A DNA stretch of 64,000 nt, taken from positions 672,001-736,000 of the forward strand of contig OY762209.1 of NCBI GenBank assembly GCA_963665295.1, in the 5' to 3' direction. Shown here piece after piece: positions 38,158-48,486 of the stretch. Each line of letters opens with the position of its first letter. The stretch's first letter is position 1. This stretch comes from Syntrophorhabdaceae bacterium (GTDB lineage Bacteria; Desulfobacterota; Syntrophorhabdia; Syntrophorhabdales; Syntrophorhabdaceae). The notes below the pieces were generated by a model. That model was given only the letters and a program-made list of their open reading frames with translations, did no database searches and was not told the DNA's origin. The translations under genes were made by a program, and so were the position numbers.

Positions 38158-39648
38158 ATGAGAATAAAGAATTCTGCCGAAGTGCAATACCTGGCGGACA
38201 CGGGAATAGAGAAGGGCTATTTCGCGTCCGGCGAGATCAACAGGCTTTTCCACCACGATATCTTTCCCTCTGAAGACACCTATGATCTGCTTTCCGAACC
38301 ACTCGACGTATCCGTAATAATGCGGGAGAAGGCTGATCTGCCCGAGGAGGGCTGGGACGAGCCCGGCAGGAATCCTCCCGATCAGCCGGATAACCTCATG
38401 TGGTCCTACCTGAAGGATATGGGGCGCCTATCGTGCCTTACCCTTGAAGAGGAGCGGGACATAGCGAAGAAGATAGAGGAACGGGAGAGGACGGCAAGGA
38501 ACATCCTCTTCGACCTGCCCCAGGCCGTCCATGAACTCGTCAAGATACGGTCCCGATTGGAAGAAGGGACCATGGACGCGGAAGATGTGGTCGATACCAT
38601 CGATACGGCGGACTGCACCCAGGAAGACAGGGAGAGGTTGACCGGGAAAGCTGTGGCCCTCATCGATACCATCGAAAATCTCCACCGCATGAAAGAGGAA
38701 ATGAGGGCCGCCCCCGTGGATGGGTTACAGGGGAAACGCCACGAGAACGCACTCCGGGCAATCGACCGTGAGGCGGAAGAGGCTTTCCTCAACCTCAGGC
38801 TGAGCAGAAAGATTTTCGATGTTATCATCGGGAGGATCGTGGAACGGATGAAATCCACGGAGCGGTCCGGGGCCGTCAGGGAGAGGTTGAAGGAGCTCAT
38901 AGAGATTGACAAGGAACTGAAACTTTTCAAGAACAGGCTCATTCAGGCAAACCTGAGACTCGTCATCAGCGTCGCCAAGAGGCACATAAACAAAGGGCTG
39001 TCACTTCTCGACCTTATTCAGGAGGGAAATATAGGCCTCATGCGGGCCGCGGATAAGTACGATTACCAGAAGGGTTGCAAGTTTTCCACCTATGCCACGT
39101 GGTGGATCAGGCTGGGCATGACCAGGGCGATTGCCGATAACACGCGGACCATCAGGATACCGGTCCACGTATATGAAACCATGAACAGGATAAGCAGGGT
39201 CCGTATGCTCCTCGTTCAGGAACTGGGGAGGGAGCCGAACCTCGTGGAGATTGCCCTGAAGACCGGCCTTCCCGTGGAGAAAGTCAGGAACACCATAAAA
39301 ATCTCCCATGATACGGCAAGGACGGTGTCCATTGAAACGCCGGTCGGCGATGAAGAGTCCACCCTCGCCGACTTTATCGCGGATTCTGAAGCCCCCTCTC
39401 CTTTTATGGAACTCGCGGGCCGGTGTCTCAGGGAAGAGGTGAAGAAGGTCTTGTCCACCCTTACCCCGAAAGAGGAAAAGATCATAAGGATGAGGCTCGG
39501 CATAGGCGAAAACACCGACCATACCCTGGAGGAGGTGGGCGATATCTTCGGACTTACCCGCGAGCGAATCCGTCAGATCGAGGTCAAGGCCCTGAAGAAG
39601 TTGAAACACCCCTCGAGGAAGTCGCTGCTGGAAAGCTTTCAGTACTGA
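38158..39648 (+). CDS. RpoD-like sigma70 paralogue
   Basis: YLKDMG; ANLRLVISVAK; DLIQEGNIGL; KFSTYATWWIR; RTIRIPVH; TLEEVG...TRERIRQIE. Start uncertain. Confidence 0.9.
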   Translation: MRIKNSAEVQYLADTGIEKGYFASGEINRLFHHDIFPSEDTYDLLSEPLDVSVIMREKADLPEEGWDEPGRNPPDQPDNLMWSYLKDMGRLSCLTLEEERDIAKKIEERERTARNILFDLPQAVHELVKIRSRLEEGTMDAEDVVDTIDTADCTQEDRERLTGKAVALIDTIENLHRMKEEMRAAPVDGLQGKRHENALRAIDREAEEAFLNLRLSRKIFDVIIGRIVERMKSTERSGAVRERLKELIEIDKELKLFKNRLIQANLRLVISVAKRHINKGLSLLDLIQEGNIGLMRAADKYDYQKGCKFSTYATWWIRLGMTRAIADNTRTIRIPVHVYETMNRISRVRMLLVQELGREPNLVEIALKTGLPVEKVRNTIKISHDTARTVSIETPVGDEESTLADFIADSEAPSPFMELAGRCLREEVKKVLSTLTPKEEKIIRMRLGIGENTDHTLEEVGDIFGLTRERIRQIEVKALKKLKHPSRKSLLESFQY

Positions 39649-39853
39649 GTACCCCCAAACCGCCCCGGACACCATGCCTTATAGACCCCTCCCCCCGGGG
39701 CCGACGGTGACCGGCCGGGGAAGTTTTTCCTTGAAATAAGGCCGGAATTGATGGAAAATGGATGAAGGGCGCGAAGACGGGAAAAGGGGTCCCTTGCGGA
39801 AGACCGTTCGCAGGAATGGGGCCCGGTCGCCGATCTATGAGCACGGAGGTGTT

Positions 39854-40090
39854 ATGGACATATTTATCGAGTACTGCATGTCGTGAAATTTCCTTCCCCA
39901 GGCTTCCCGGGTGGAAGCCGAAGTAAAAGCAAAATATCCCCAGTCGAATATCAAACTGATGGAGAGCAGCGGCGGCGTCTTCGACGTGAAATGTGACGGC
40001 ACGCTGATCTACTCCAAACACCGGATCGAAGGGCACCGTTTCCCCGTGGAAGGTGAGATTACGGAGTTGATCGAAGGGAACAAAGGCTGA
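39854..40090 (+). CDS. Rdx (SelW/SelT/SelH) family selenoprotein, 78 aa, UGA at 39884-39886 read as Sec
   Basis: Not in ORF track. RBS GGAGG; MDIFIEYCMS-U-NFLPQASRV...SSGGVFDVKCDGTLIYSK...RFP. Confidence 0.92.
39887..39919 (+). promoter_or_regulatory. Bacterial SECIS-like hairpin
   Basis: GGCTTCC-CGGGT-GGAAGCC (39901-39919) just downstream of the in-frame UGA. Confidence 0.75.
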
Positions 40091-41185
40091 CGCTTCAGGT
40101 AAGGGTGCAAGAAGAGGAGAAGAAGGGAGGACGGTTCAGTAACGCCGAGGGCCTGTCTCTCCTTTTGAACAACGGCCTCGGTCCGTTTTGGTCCGTAATG
40201 TCCCTCAAGAAGATGAGCGTCCGGTAGCCTTAGGGTTGTAAAGCCTCACCTGTTGAGGAGAGTTCCCGCGACATCGGGATTGAGAGCGGCGCTTTATTGA
40301 ATCCGGCCTCTCATGAGTGTTAAATCTCATGCCAACATTCCGTCGCTCTCGCGGCGTTTCACTTCGTTCCTCATACCCATGTGCGAAAAATAGTATAACC
40401 AGAGAACGTTTGCCTTGAAATGAGCGTCAAAGTAAGTGAAAATAGTCCAAAGGGTTGAAAACAGGTTAAATGCGGAAATATGTCCGTGGGAAGAAAACTC
40501 CGCCGCGGCGACGGGGCATATTGATGGGGTAGATATTGAGGCGTGTAGAATTGACTTTGTTCCTTATCGCGGCATTCCGACAAACGATAATCCAGACTTT
40601 TCTCCGGTTAAGGAACCTTCGGACCCAGGCCTCCGTGGAGGAGAAATCCGACAGGACATTATTCACACGTTCCGACCCGGCATCTTATGGCCTGAGGCGG
40701 GCCGCCGCATTATCAATTCACAAACAAAACAGAAGGGGGTGATGAAGCCGTTTCGAAGCGGTCTCGCATGAGGCCTGTTTGCAACGCGATGAGAAGACGA
40801 AGAATGAGAGCCGACCGAGGCATCGTCCAAAACCATATGGCGAAATATCGCCGGGGCGCACCCGGCCAGCCGACAGTATTGTGCAATACTTAAACAAAAT
40901 GGTTTTTCTTTCAAGGAGGTGTTAATGAAGAAGTGTTTACTCATAGCATTATTGACGGCAGTGTGTGTTGGGGCCATACTGACTTCAAGCGCTCAAGCGG
41001 GCAGGTTCTACTGGGACGCGTTTCCACCATGGCCAGCCTGCTGGGATACGAGCCTTAACCTTAAGGGTGTCACTTACGGCAACGGCCGGTACGTGGCTGT
41101 TGGGGAGATTGGCGCCACCTCTTGCGACATCGAAACCTCCCTAGACGGGATAACATGGACACAAAGGACGTGTCCTACCGGCCCA

Positions 41186-42268
41186 CTAGTGTAGTGTCTC
41201 AGTAACGCCTTTACAGCGATTCACTTTTTCAAGTATCTCCTCGGCCTTCCTGGTCCATACGAAGGGTTTGGGGTCTTCGTTGTTGCAGCGAATATATTCT
41301 TCGATGGCGGTCACCAGTTCCTGAACGCTTTTGAAGATGCCGCGACGAATTCTCTTTCGTGTGATCTCCCCGAACCAGCGCTCCACCAGGTTAAGCCACG
41401 ACGAGCTTGTGGGTGTAAAGTGGGGAACGAAACGGGGGTGTTTTTCGAGCCATGCTTTCACATTGGGGTGGGTATGAGTTCCGTAGTTGTCGAGAATCAT
41501 ATGGACATCGAGGCCCTTTGGCACCTGACGGTCTATGGTACGCAGGAACTTAAGAAATTCGGTATTTCTGTGGCGGGGATAGCAGGAGCCTATGACTTTT
41601 CCTTCCAGAACATTGAGGGCGGCAAAAAGACAGGTAGTGCCGTTCCTTTTGTAGTCGTGGGTCATCGTGCCGCAGCGCCCCTTCTTCATCGGTAATCCCG
41701 GCTGGGTCCGGTCCAGGGCCTGCACCTGGCTTTTCTCATCCACACAGAGTACCACCGCTTTGTCGGGAGGATTGAGATAGACGCCCACCACATCGGTCAG
41801 TTTCTCCACGAACTTCTTGTCTCTGGACAGCTTGAAAGTTTCTACCCGATGGGGCTGTAGTCCATGGGCATCCCAGATGCGCTGCACGGTGGCATGGCTC
41901 ACGCCCTTCTCCTTTGCCATGGTGCGGGTGGACCACTGAGTAGCATCTTTGGGAGTTGTATGGAGCGTGGCTTCCACGATGGTGCGCACTATCTCCGGGT
42001 TAAGGCGCCTTGAACTCGGCCCATGGGGTGCGTCCTCCGACAAACCGGAGGGGCCCTGTTCTCTGAAGCGGCCTACCCACAATATCACCGTAGGGCGGGA
42101 GGTATTGAGCCTCTTCGCTATGGCGTTATGGGACATCCCTTCTGCCGCGAGCAGGCAGATGCGGGAGCGTAGAACCACCCTTTGGGGAGTCTTCTTTGCT
42201 TTGACCCATGTTTCCAATGTCTTTCTCTGCTCTTCCGTCATGTCTAGCGTACTGGCTGGATTCCACAT
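41186..42268 (-). CDS. IS630 transposase
   Basis: CVDEK...HDYKRNGT...ILDNY...PTSSSWLNLVERWF. Confidence 0.96.
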   Translation of the reverse strand: MWNPASTLDMTEEQRKTLETWVKAKKTPQRVVLRSRICLLAAEGMSHNAIAKRLNTSRPTVILWVGRFREQGPSGLSEDAPHGPSSRRLNPEIVRTIVEATLHTTPKDATQWSTRTMAKEKGVSHATVQRIWDAHGLQPHRVETFKLSRDKKFVEKLTDVVGVYLNPPDKAVVLCVDEKSQVQALDRTQPGLPMKKGRCGTMTHDYKRNGTTCLFAALNVLEGKVIGSCYPRHRNTEFLKFLRTIDRQVPKGLDVHMILDNYGTHTHPNVKAWLEKHPRFVPHFTPTSSSWLNLVERWFGEITRKRIRRGIFKSVQELVTAIEEYIRCNNEDPKPFVWTRKAEEILEKVNRCKGVTETLH

Positions 42269-42323
42269 GCACTATGATAGCATAGCCAAGGGTAATTGTA
42301 AAGCTATTAGTGAGACAGTACAC
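41189..42323 (-). mobile_element. IS630-family element
   Basis: Ends GTGTAGTGTCTCA / TGAGACAGTACAC; TA duplication in a CTAG target. Confidence 0.93.
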
Positions 42324-44312
42324 TAGCGGCGGTCGCATACGGGAACAACACCTATGTGGCGGTGGGGGGAGAGCATCAAGCAGCAATTTCCACGGATGGC
42401 GGTATAACATGGATATCGACGTCTTTGGCCATGCCGGTAAATTATCCCAAAGCTATCACGTTCGGCAATGGAATGTTCGTGGTAGTGGGTCTTGCAAGCA
42501 CCATCGCCACGTCTGTGGATGGGGTGACATGGGAGACCCGCCTCCCGGCTAACCATAACGCTTCGCTTTATGGTGTCACATACGGCAACGCCAAATTTGT
42601 GGCGGTGGGGGAAGGCGGCTCGATTATGGTCGCGAACGAGTCTGACTTGAACACCTGGCCATTGGTAAACACATCAACCGATGTTAGGCTACAGGGTGTG
42701 GCATTTGATCCGAACGCGGGTTTTATGGCTGTAGGCAATGTGTATTACAAGTCTGTGGACGGGCAGACGTGGACACGCATTGATTCCGAAAATGGAAAAG
42801 GGCAGTGGAATGGAAATGGAATTGCCCATGGGTATGACACCTGGGTACGTGCGGGGGGCTTTCTCTTTAGTTCCTATGATCAGGATGGCTTTACTTGGGA
42901 TACTGACGCTGGGATTGCGACCTTTAATGCCATCACATTCGGTAACAGTTCATTCGTGGCAGTGGGCGGGAGGACGATCGCCCGATCTCTGCCGCTGAGC
43001 CTCCTTACGGTCGTCAAGCCGGGCACGGGAACTGGGACAGTCACCGGCCCAGCAGCCTTCTCAGGCTCTCTCTCCGGCGTCAGCTGTGGGAGCACATGCA
43101 GCTACTTTTACCTTCCGAATCTGCCTGTCACTCTCACCGCCGTTGCGGACACCTGCTCCTACTTCGCAGGCTGGGCAGAGTGGACAGGGTGCGGCACCAA
43201 CAGCGGTTGCGCAATAACAATGCCTGCAACCGGCGAAGCGACCGTTACGGCCGCCTTCGAGTCTCTGGGGTGTCTAAACAAGCCGGTGAGGCTGGTGAGT
43301 ACGGGCCAGGGATACGACACTCTTCAGCAAGCATACGACGTAGCGATAAACGGGGACACCATCAAGGTGCAGAAGGTGGAGCCGTATCTAACGGGCAGTC
43401 TGATCGCGGACCGAAATATTGCGGTGATTCTCACCGGAGGGTACAACTACACTTATACCTCCAATGCAGGCTACATGACCACTCTTAAAGGCTCGGTACA
43501 GACACTACTCGGCGCTGTAACTGTCGGAAATTTCGCAATAACTAATTGATAAAGGGAGAAATATAATGAAAAGAACTTTCATCGCTTTAATATTGAGCTT
43601 ATCACTGATCGGCTTAAGCGACTTCAGCCTCCTCGCTGCGGATGGGGACCTTCTTGTAAACGGCAAAGTTGGAATTGGAACAACAGTGCCGGATTTGGCA
43701 TTGCATGTCAAGGGTCCGTCGTCCGGCATTTCGCTGGAAAGTACCTATGGTACCAATGCTAAATGGTGGATACTGCCGCTAACAAATGATGCCACGAAAC
43801 TCTTCCGAATCTATGATCCCGAGGCATCAGCGGATAGGTTGGACATTACTTCTTCCGGCAATGTTGGTATCGGAACCTCTACGCCCAGTCAGATACTGTC
43901 AATTCAAACAGGAGGCGGAGGGAGTTGGATGTCCGCAGGTGACTCAGTGAACTCGGCAACTCCAAGCCTTTTTGGTTCTTACGGAACAGGTGCGGCGGCC
44001 ATTTATACTCAGTCAACCTATCCGATCAGTTTCTATACGAATACAGTCGAACGAATGAGAATTGGCGCTACCGGTGGCTTATCATTCGGCCCAACGTACG
44101 CAACGACTGACCCGGGGAGCGGCAATGTAATAATAAGCGGTATCGTCGGCATCGGAACAACGAATCCGGTCTACCCGATTGATGTGGTCGGGGATATCCG
44201 TCTTACCGGCAACCTTATAGGCGGCTGCTGTGGCAATTCCGACGTTCGTTGGAAAAAAAACATCGAACCTATCGGAACGTGTCAATGAAAATGAGACACT
44301 TCCATCAGATAT

Positions 44313-45311
44313 TTAGTGTACCCCGCCATCGCTCGTTGATAATGGCTTATTGATCCAGACGGCGTCAGGCAGTGACGCCGGTTTCGGCATCCTCCCCTTG
44401 AACCGTTCCGGATGTTTTTCATACGCAGCCCGCAGTACGTCCGTACGACCTTCAATGATCCTCAACGCTCTTCCATAATGGACGTCCTCGGGGGTGAGAA
44501 GACCTATCCCCGAATGGTAATGCTCGGTATTGTACCAGGGGAAGAATGTCTGGCAAAAGGCCCGGGCATCCTCAATGGAGCCGAACCTTTGAGGGAACTC
44601 GGGCCGGTACTTCATGGTCTTGAACTGAGATTCGGAATAGGGGTTGTCATTACTGACCGAAGGCCTCGAATGGCTCTTGGTGACCCCGAGATCGGCCATG
44701 AGCAGGGCGACGGGTTTCGACGTCATACTCGACCCCCTGTCCGCATGGATCAGGAGCTTACCGGGCTCTATCATTTGCTTCTCGCAGGTCTCCGCGATCA
44801 GTTTGCGAGCAAGGGCGGCAAGTTCCCTGTGGGCCACCATCCACCCCACCACATAGCGGCTGTAGATGTCGAGGATCACATAGAGGTAGTAGTAGGTCCA
44901 TTTTACGGAACCCTTGAGCTTCGTGATATCCCAGCTCCACGCCTCGTTGGGCGCCTTCGCGAGGATCTCCGGTTTTGCGTACCGGGGACGGGAGACCTGC
45001 CTCCTCCTTTCTTTCAGCTCACCTTCTTCTTCAAGGATCCGGTACATGGTGCGCACTGAACAGAGATAGCTCTTCTCGTCCAGGAGGGCCGCGTAGATTT
45101 CCCGGGGTGCTTTATCGATGAAGCGGTCCGAATGAAGGATATCAAGTACATCGTTCCGTTCCCCGAAGGAGAGGGCCAAGGGAGAGAGACGGTTCAAAGG
45201 TTCCTTCTCTTTCGGATGCTGCCACCGGTAAAAGCCCGCACGGGATACGTCGAGGGCGTTGCAGGCAGGGCGGATACCCACTTCATGGGCAAGCGATTGC
45301 GTGATGTTCAT
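44313..45311 (-). CDS. IS3 transposase OrfB
   Basis: WSWDITK...ILDIYSR...HADRG...SNDNPYSESQFKTMK. Confidence 0.93.
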   Translation of the reverse strand: MNITQSLAHEVGIRPACNALDVSRAGFYRWQHPKEKEPLNRLSPLALSFGERNDVLDILHSDRFIDKAPREIYAALLDEKSYLCSVRTMYRILEEEGELKERRRQVSRPRYAKPEILAKAPNEAWSWDITKLKGSVKWTYYYLYVILDIYSRYVVGWMVAHRELAALARKLIAETCEKQMIEPGKLLIHADRGSSMTSKPVALLMADLGVTKSHSRPSVSNDNPYSESQFKTMKYRPEFPQRFGSIEDARAFCQTFFPWYNTEHYHSGIGLLTPEDVHYGRALRIIEGRTDVLRAAYEKHPERFKGRMPKPASLPDAVWINKPLSTSDGGVH

Positions 45312-45706
45312 GACTTCTCCTCGCTCGACCCCTTGAGCAGCTCGGCCACTTTTTTTTGGACCTCGATAATGAGCTCCGCCTGTTTCAGTTTATGGGTGAG
45401 CCTCGTGTTCTCCTTTTCCAGTTCGATGGTGCGACGGATAAGGGGATCAGGCTTTTGTGTGACGGGTCCTCTCTTTTTCGGGATGAGGCCCTGGTGAACC
45501 TGACGCCGCCATGAGGTGAGGCTCGATGAATAAAGTCCCTCTCTGCGCAGAAGCGCCCCTATCTCACCCTTCCCGGTACAGTTCTCCACCTCCTTGAGGA
45601 TACGGAGCTTGTACGCCGCGGTGAATTTCCGGCGAACTGCCTTTTCCGGTACTTCCGGATCGGGGACTACCCTTGGTGATGCCATGACTGATTTCTTTTC
45701 TTCCAC
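45308..45706 (-). CDS. IS3 transposase OrfA
   Basis: RRKFTAAYKLRIL...LLRREGLYSS-x-L-x-x-W...VQKKV; A8G slippery site. Confidence 0.88.
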   Translation of the reverse strand: MEEKKSVMASPRVVPDPEVPEKAVRRKFTAAYKLRILKEVENCTGKGEIGALLRREGLYSSSLTSWRRQVHQGLIPKKRGPVTQKPDPLIRRTIELEKENTRLTHKLKQAELIIEVQKKVAELLKGSSEEKS

Positions 45707-46094
45707 GATCGTTCTTTCCTTCCCGCCCCCAAGAGTCTAAACTATTGGGTGGGAAGTGTCTCACTTATATTGGCACGGAGGGTATGAAGAACGCTATTTC
45801 TCTCATTCAGGGGTTGCAGGCCGTAAGGTTTGATTGGAAAGCCGACGAATTCAAGGCCAAACATTTCAGCAGCGGAAGGCAGATAGGTCTTATCGCACAG
45901 GACGTAGAGAAGACACTCCCTGAACTTGTCAAAACCGACAAGGAAGGATATAAGATGATATCATATGATAAGCTGACGGCTGTCCTTGTCGAGGTCCTCA
46001 AAGAACAGCAGCAGCAAATCAACACCCTGAAGGCAGAGATAGAAAAACTGAAGACCCGTTAATCCTTGTGATAGCTTTGGACGTTTAGCCTACG

Positions 46095-46130
46095 AAAGGG
46101 GAGCGGGCAGCTATGCTTTGCTCCCCTTTC
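46095..46130. terminator. Hairpin terminator between convergent genes
   Basis: AAAGGGGAGC...GCTCCCCTTT. Confidence 0.65.
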
Positions 46131-46365
46131 GCGACTTATCTGGAACACGGTCTCTCTGTCGCGAGAAAATCCGCTCCACCAGTTCGGGACCGCATCAGAT
46201 CGAGGAAACTATATGTGGAAGTGAAACAGGGCGACTGTCGCTGCCCGAATCTTCGCAGGGCCGCCATCCGCGTGCCAGATGTCCGGGAGCGTCCAGGTCT
46301 CTGTCCTGGAAAGTCTATTTCCGTGTCGTATCCGGAGGAGAATTCGGGATGTCCGACCGCCCTTC

Positions 46366-47166
46366 TTAACCCCTTTTCAGGATGTCCGCAAGGCGATGGG
46401 CTTCGGGGAAATAATGGTGCAATGCAAGGGCACCGAACACGGCGACTGCGAGGGTAGCGGCGAAAGGTATCCAGGTAGCCCTGAACACGCTGCCCATCCA
46501 GTCCTCGTCATCGATCAACCGGGTCTTCTTCACAAGAGACGCCGCAAGAAGCCCTTCAAAGGCCGCCTCGGACAGGATCATGGGGGCCTCGAAAATAACA
46601 TAGATGGCGCCCCCCAGAATCACCGCTACCACCACCGCCAAAACCACAAGGACCACGATCCCCGTCAGTCCGGCCTTATCTCCCAATGCATCCGTTGCCC
46701 CGTCAACGGCGTCGCCGATCACACCCGTGCCTACCGACGCCCCCTCTGCAACGGTGGACGCGGAGTCCCCGACGGCAATCGGCACGACCGGGTCAAAGGA
46801 AGCCGAAGCCCCTGCCCCGGAAAACAGTCCTCCTCCGCCGCGAAGAGGAGATGCGCTTTCACCGGGGGAGCCGCCGGAAGACAATGAGGGGCCCGGCAGC
46901 CAGTCAACGGCGCTCGATCTGTCCGTCCTTTTGGAGGAGACATAGAGAAGCCATAGCTTGACGCACAGGAAGAAGACGAGGTAAGAGAGCACCACGGTAG
47001 CCCCATATCTCAGGGCAAAATTGTTCACCTTCAGGACAAGAAGGAGTTTTGAGATCAGGATCCCGGAAAAGAGGGTGGCGAGGAGGATTACGGTCATGTG
47101 GAAACGCAATGCATACCGTCGGCGCAATTCCTTTTGAAACTTCTCTTTCTTTCCCCCAAACATCAT
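46366..47166 (-). CDS. Hypothetical membrane protein
   Basis: RBS GAGGAGG; several hydrophobic segments; Gly/Ser-rich loop. Confidence 0.75.
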   Translation of the reverse strand: MMFGGKKEKFQKELRRRYALRFHMTVILLATLFSGILISKLLLVLKVNNFALRYGATVVLSYLVFFLCVKLWLLYVSSKRTDRSSAVDWLPGPSLSSGGSPGESASPLRGGGGLFSGAGASASFDPVVPIAVGDSASTVAEGASVGTGVIGDAVDGATDALGDKAGLTGIVVLVVLAVVVAVILGGAIYVIFEAPMILSEAAFEGLLAASLVKKTRLIDDEDWMGSVFRATWIPFAATLAVAVFGALALHHYFPEAHRLADILKRG

Positions 47167-47439
47167 CTTCCTCCTCAGGCCTTATGCCCGCCCCCGGAGG
47201 TGGGCCCCACGGTTACGGGAAGGAGCCGCCCGCAGGAAACGGGAGGCCCTGCTCACATGTTCAGTAAACATGCTATAGGAACGTCGTCGAAAAGGCAAGT
47301 CCTTCCCGGTCGTCCGGGGATGGTCCCGCAAAGGCGGCAGCGGGAACGCAGATATCCTCATGGAATTGACGACAGCATGTCGGCAGGAAAGAGTGGGGCA
47401 GGTCCGGTTGGGGGGGGATTGAAACCTGCCCCTGGGGGA

Positions 47440-47637
47440 TTACTCCTTTTTGACGTTTGCCGCAGAGGGGCCTTTCGGGCCGTTCACCACATCAAAGGTC
47501 ACCTTGTCTCCCTCAGCCAGACTCTTGAAACCGCTATCGGCAATGGCGGAATAGTGCACAAACACGTCCTTCCCGTCCTCTGCCGTAATGAAACCAAAAC
47601 CCTTTGCATCATTGAACCACTTCACAGTTCCGTTCAT
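47440..47637 (-). CDS. cspA: Cold-shock protein
   Basis: [15 protein letters not shown]...DVFVHYSAI. Confidence 0.97.
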   Translation of the reverse strand: MNGTVKWFNDAKGFGFITAEDGKDVFVHYSAIADSGFKSLAEGDKVTFDVVNGPKGPSAANVKKE

Positions 47638-48146
47638 ATTATACTTACCTCTTTTCAGGATGTCGGAGCCTGCACCGCAAAGACGGGCAGGTTCCTTTAT
47701 ATCTGCAACCTAAGGCGTGTCCGCCCCCCAGTCAAGGGGCGGACGGGGCCAAGGCAAACTTTTCATGGTAGATATGGGTGTCCCGGAAGATTGAAAGGCC
47801 CGGTTGTTCCTGGCTGCCTGACGCGAGGAACAACCGGGATGAAGCTGATGAACCGCCGGACACGGCGCGGATTGCCGGCTACCGGCTACCGGGTCTGTCC
47901 TGCCGCGGTGACGATCGTCGTTCTGTTCTCCCCGAAGCCTCCCCGGCCATCCCGTCGGTCCTCATTGGGACACCTGACGTGAGGATATGACGGCGACTGG
48001 GCGTCACGGAACCACGCGGGCGAGCACCGCATGGCGGATTGGTCGAAGCAGGGATTGAATTGGGGTCTGGCGCAACACCTTGCCCTCTTTTTCATAAGGC
48101 CTCCTTTACCTTCACAGGTATCAAATGATGATGAGAGGAGTATCAC

Positions 48147-48485
48147 TTATGATTCCGGTGGCTTGTACGGTGCCTCCTGATAAACGATCTTTAGAGTTAC
48201 CGCCTTTTCCTCCAGGGAATAGAGGGGTTGGAACGGAATAGCGAGGCGGATCTCGGTCAACAAGGTTTCATATGACCAGGCGGCATTGTGTGAACCGGCG
48301 TCATGCCGGCAATTCGAACATGCGGAAAAGACGGCGCATGCCTGCCCGGCCCCCGAGCAGCAATAACAGGCAAGGCCCGCGGCCGCCTTCTGCTTCATGG
48401 CGCTGCACTGCGCCATGGGTCCCATAGGGTAGGAAAGGGTAAACATGAAGACTAAAATGATCGACAAGAAAGAGAGTCTTTTCAT
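48147..48485 (-). CDS. Small Cys-rich exported hypothetical protein
   Basis: Signal-like N-terminus; CYCC...C...CSNC; ends YKPP. Confidence 0.6.
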   Translation of the reverse strand: MKRLSFLSIILVFMFTLSYPMGPMAQCSAMKQKAAAGLACYCCSGAGQACAVFSACSNCRHDAGSHNAAWSYETLLTEIRLAIPFQPLYSLEEKAVTLKIVYQEAPYKPPES

Positions 48486-48486
48486 C

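Larger units (their letters stand above)
40925..43549 (+). pseudogene. Secreted beta-propeller (YGNG-x-Y/FVAVG repeats) plus InlB-B-like repeat protein, interrupted by IS630
   Basis: Removing the IS and one TA restores ...CPTGPLAAVAYGNNTYVAVG... in frame. Confidence 0.88.
44273..45782 (-). mobile_element. IS3-family element with atypical termini
   Basis: Imperfect 31-bp IRs (cggaacgtgtcaatgaaaatgagacacttcc / rc ccctccgtgccaatataagtgagacacttcc); TAT duplication (44270-44272, 45783-45785). Confidence 0.8.
43566..46062 (+). pseudogene. Signal-peptide fibre-like protein with C-terminal peptidase S74 intramolecular chaperone, interrupted by IS3
   Basis: GNVGIGT repeats; SDVRWKKNIEP|MKNA...FDW...IGLIAQDVE...ISYDKL, then a coiled coil; 43566-44272 + 45786-46062 rejoin in frame. 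Confidence 0.85.

Noticed and set aside
40640..40900. c-di-GMP riboswitch or leader peptide (MKPFRSGLA) upstream of the surface operon
   Set aside because: Hairpins are present but the GEMM consensus is not matched; no evidence for translation.
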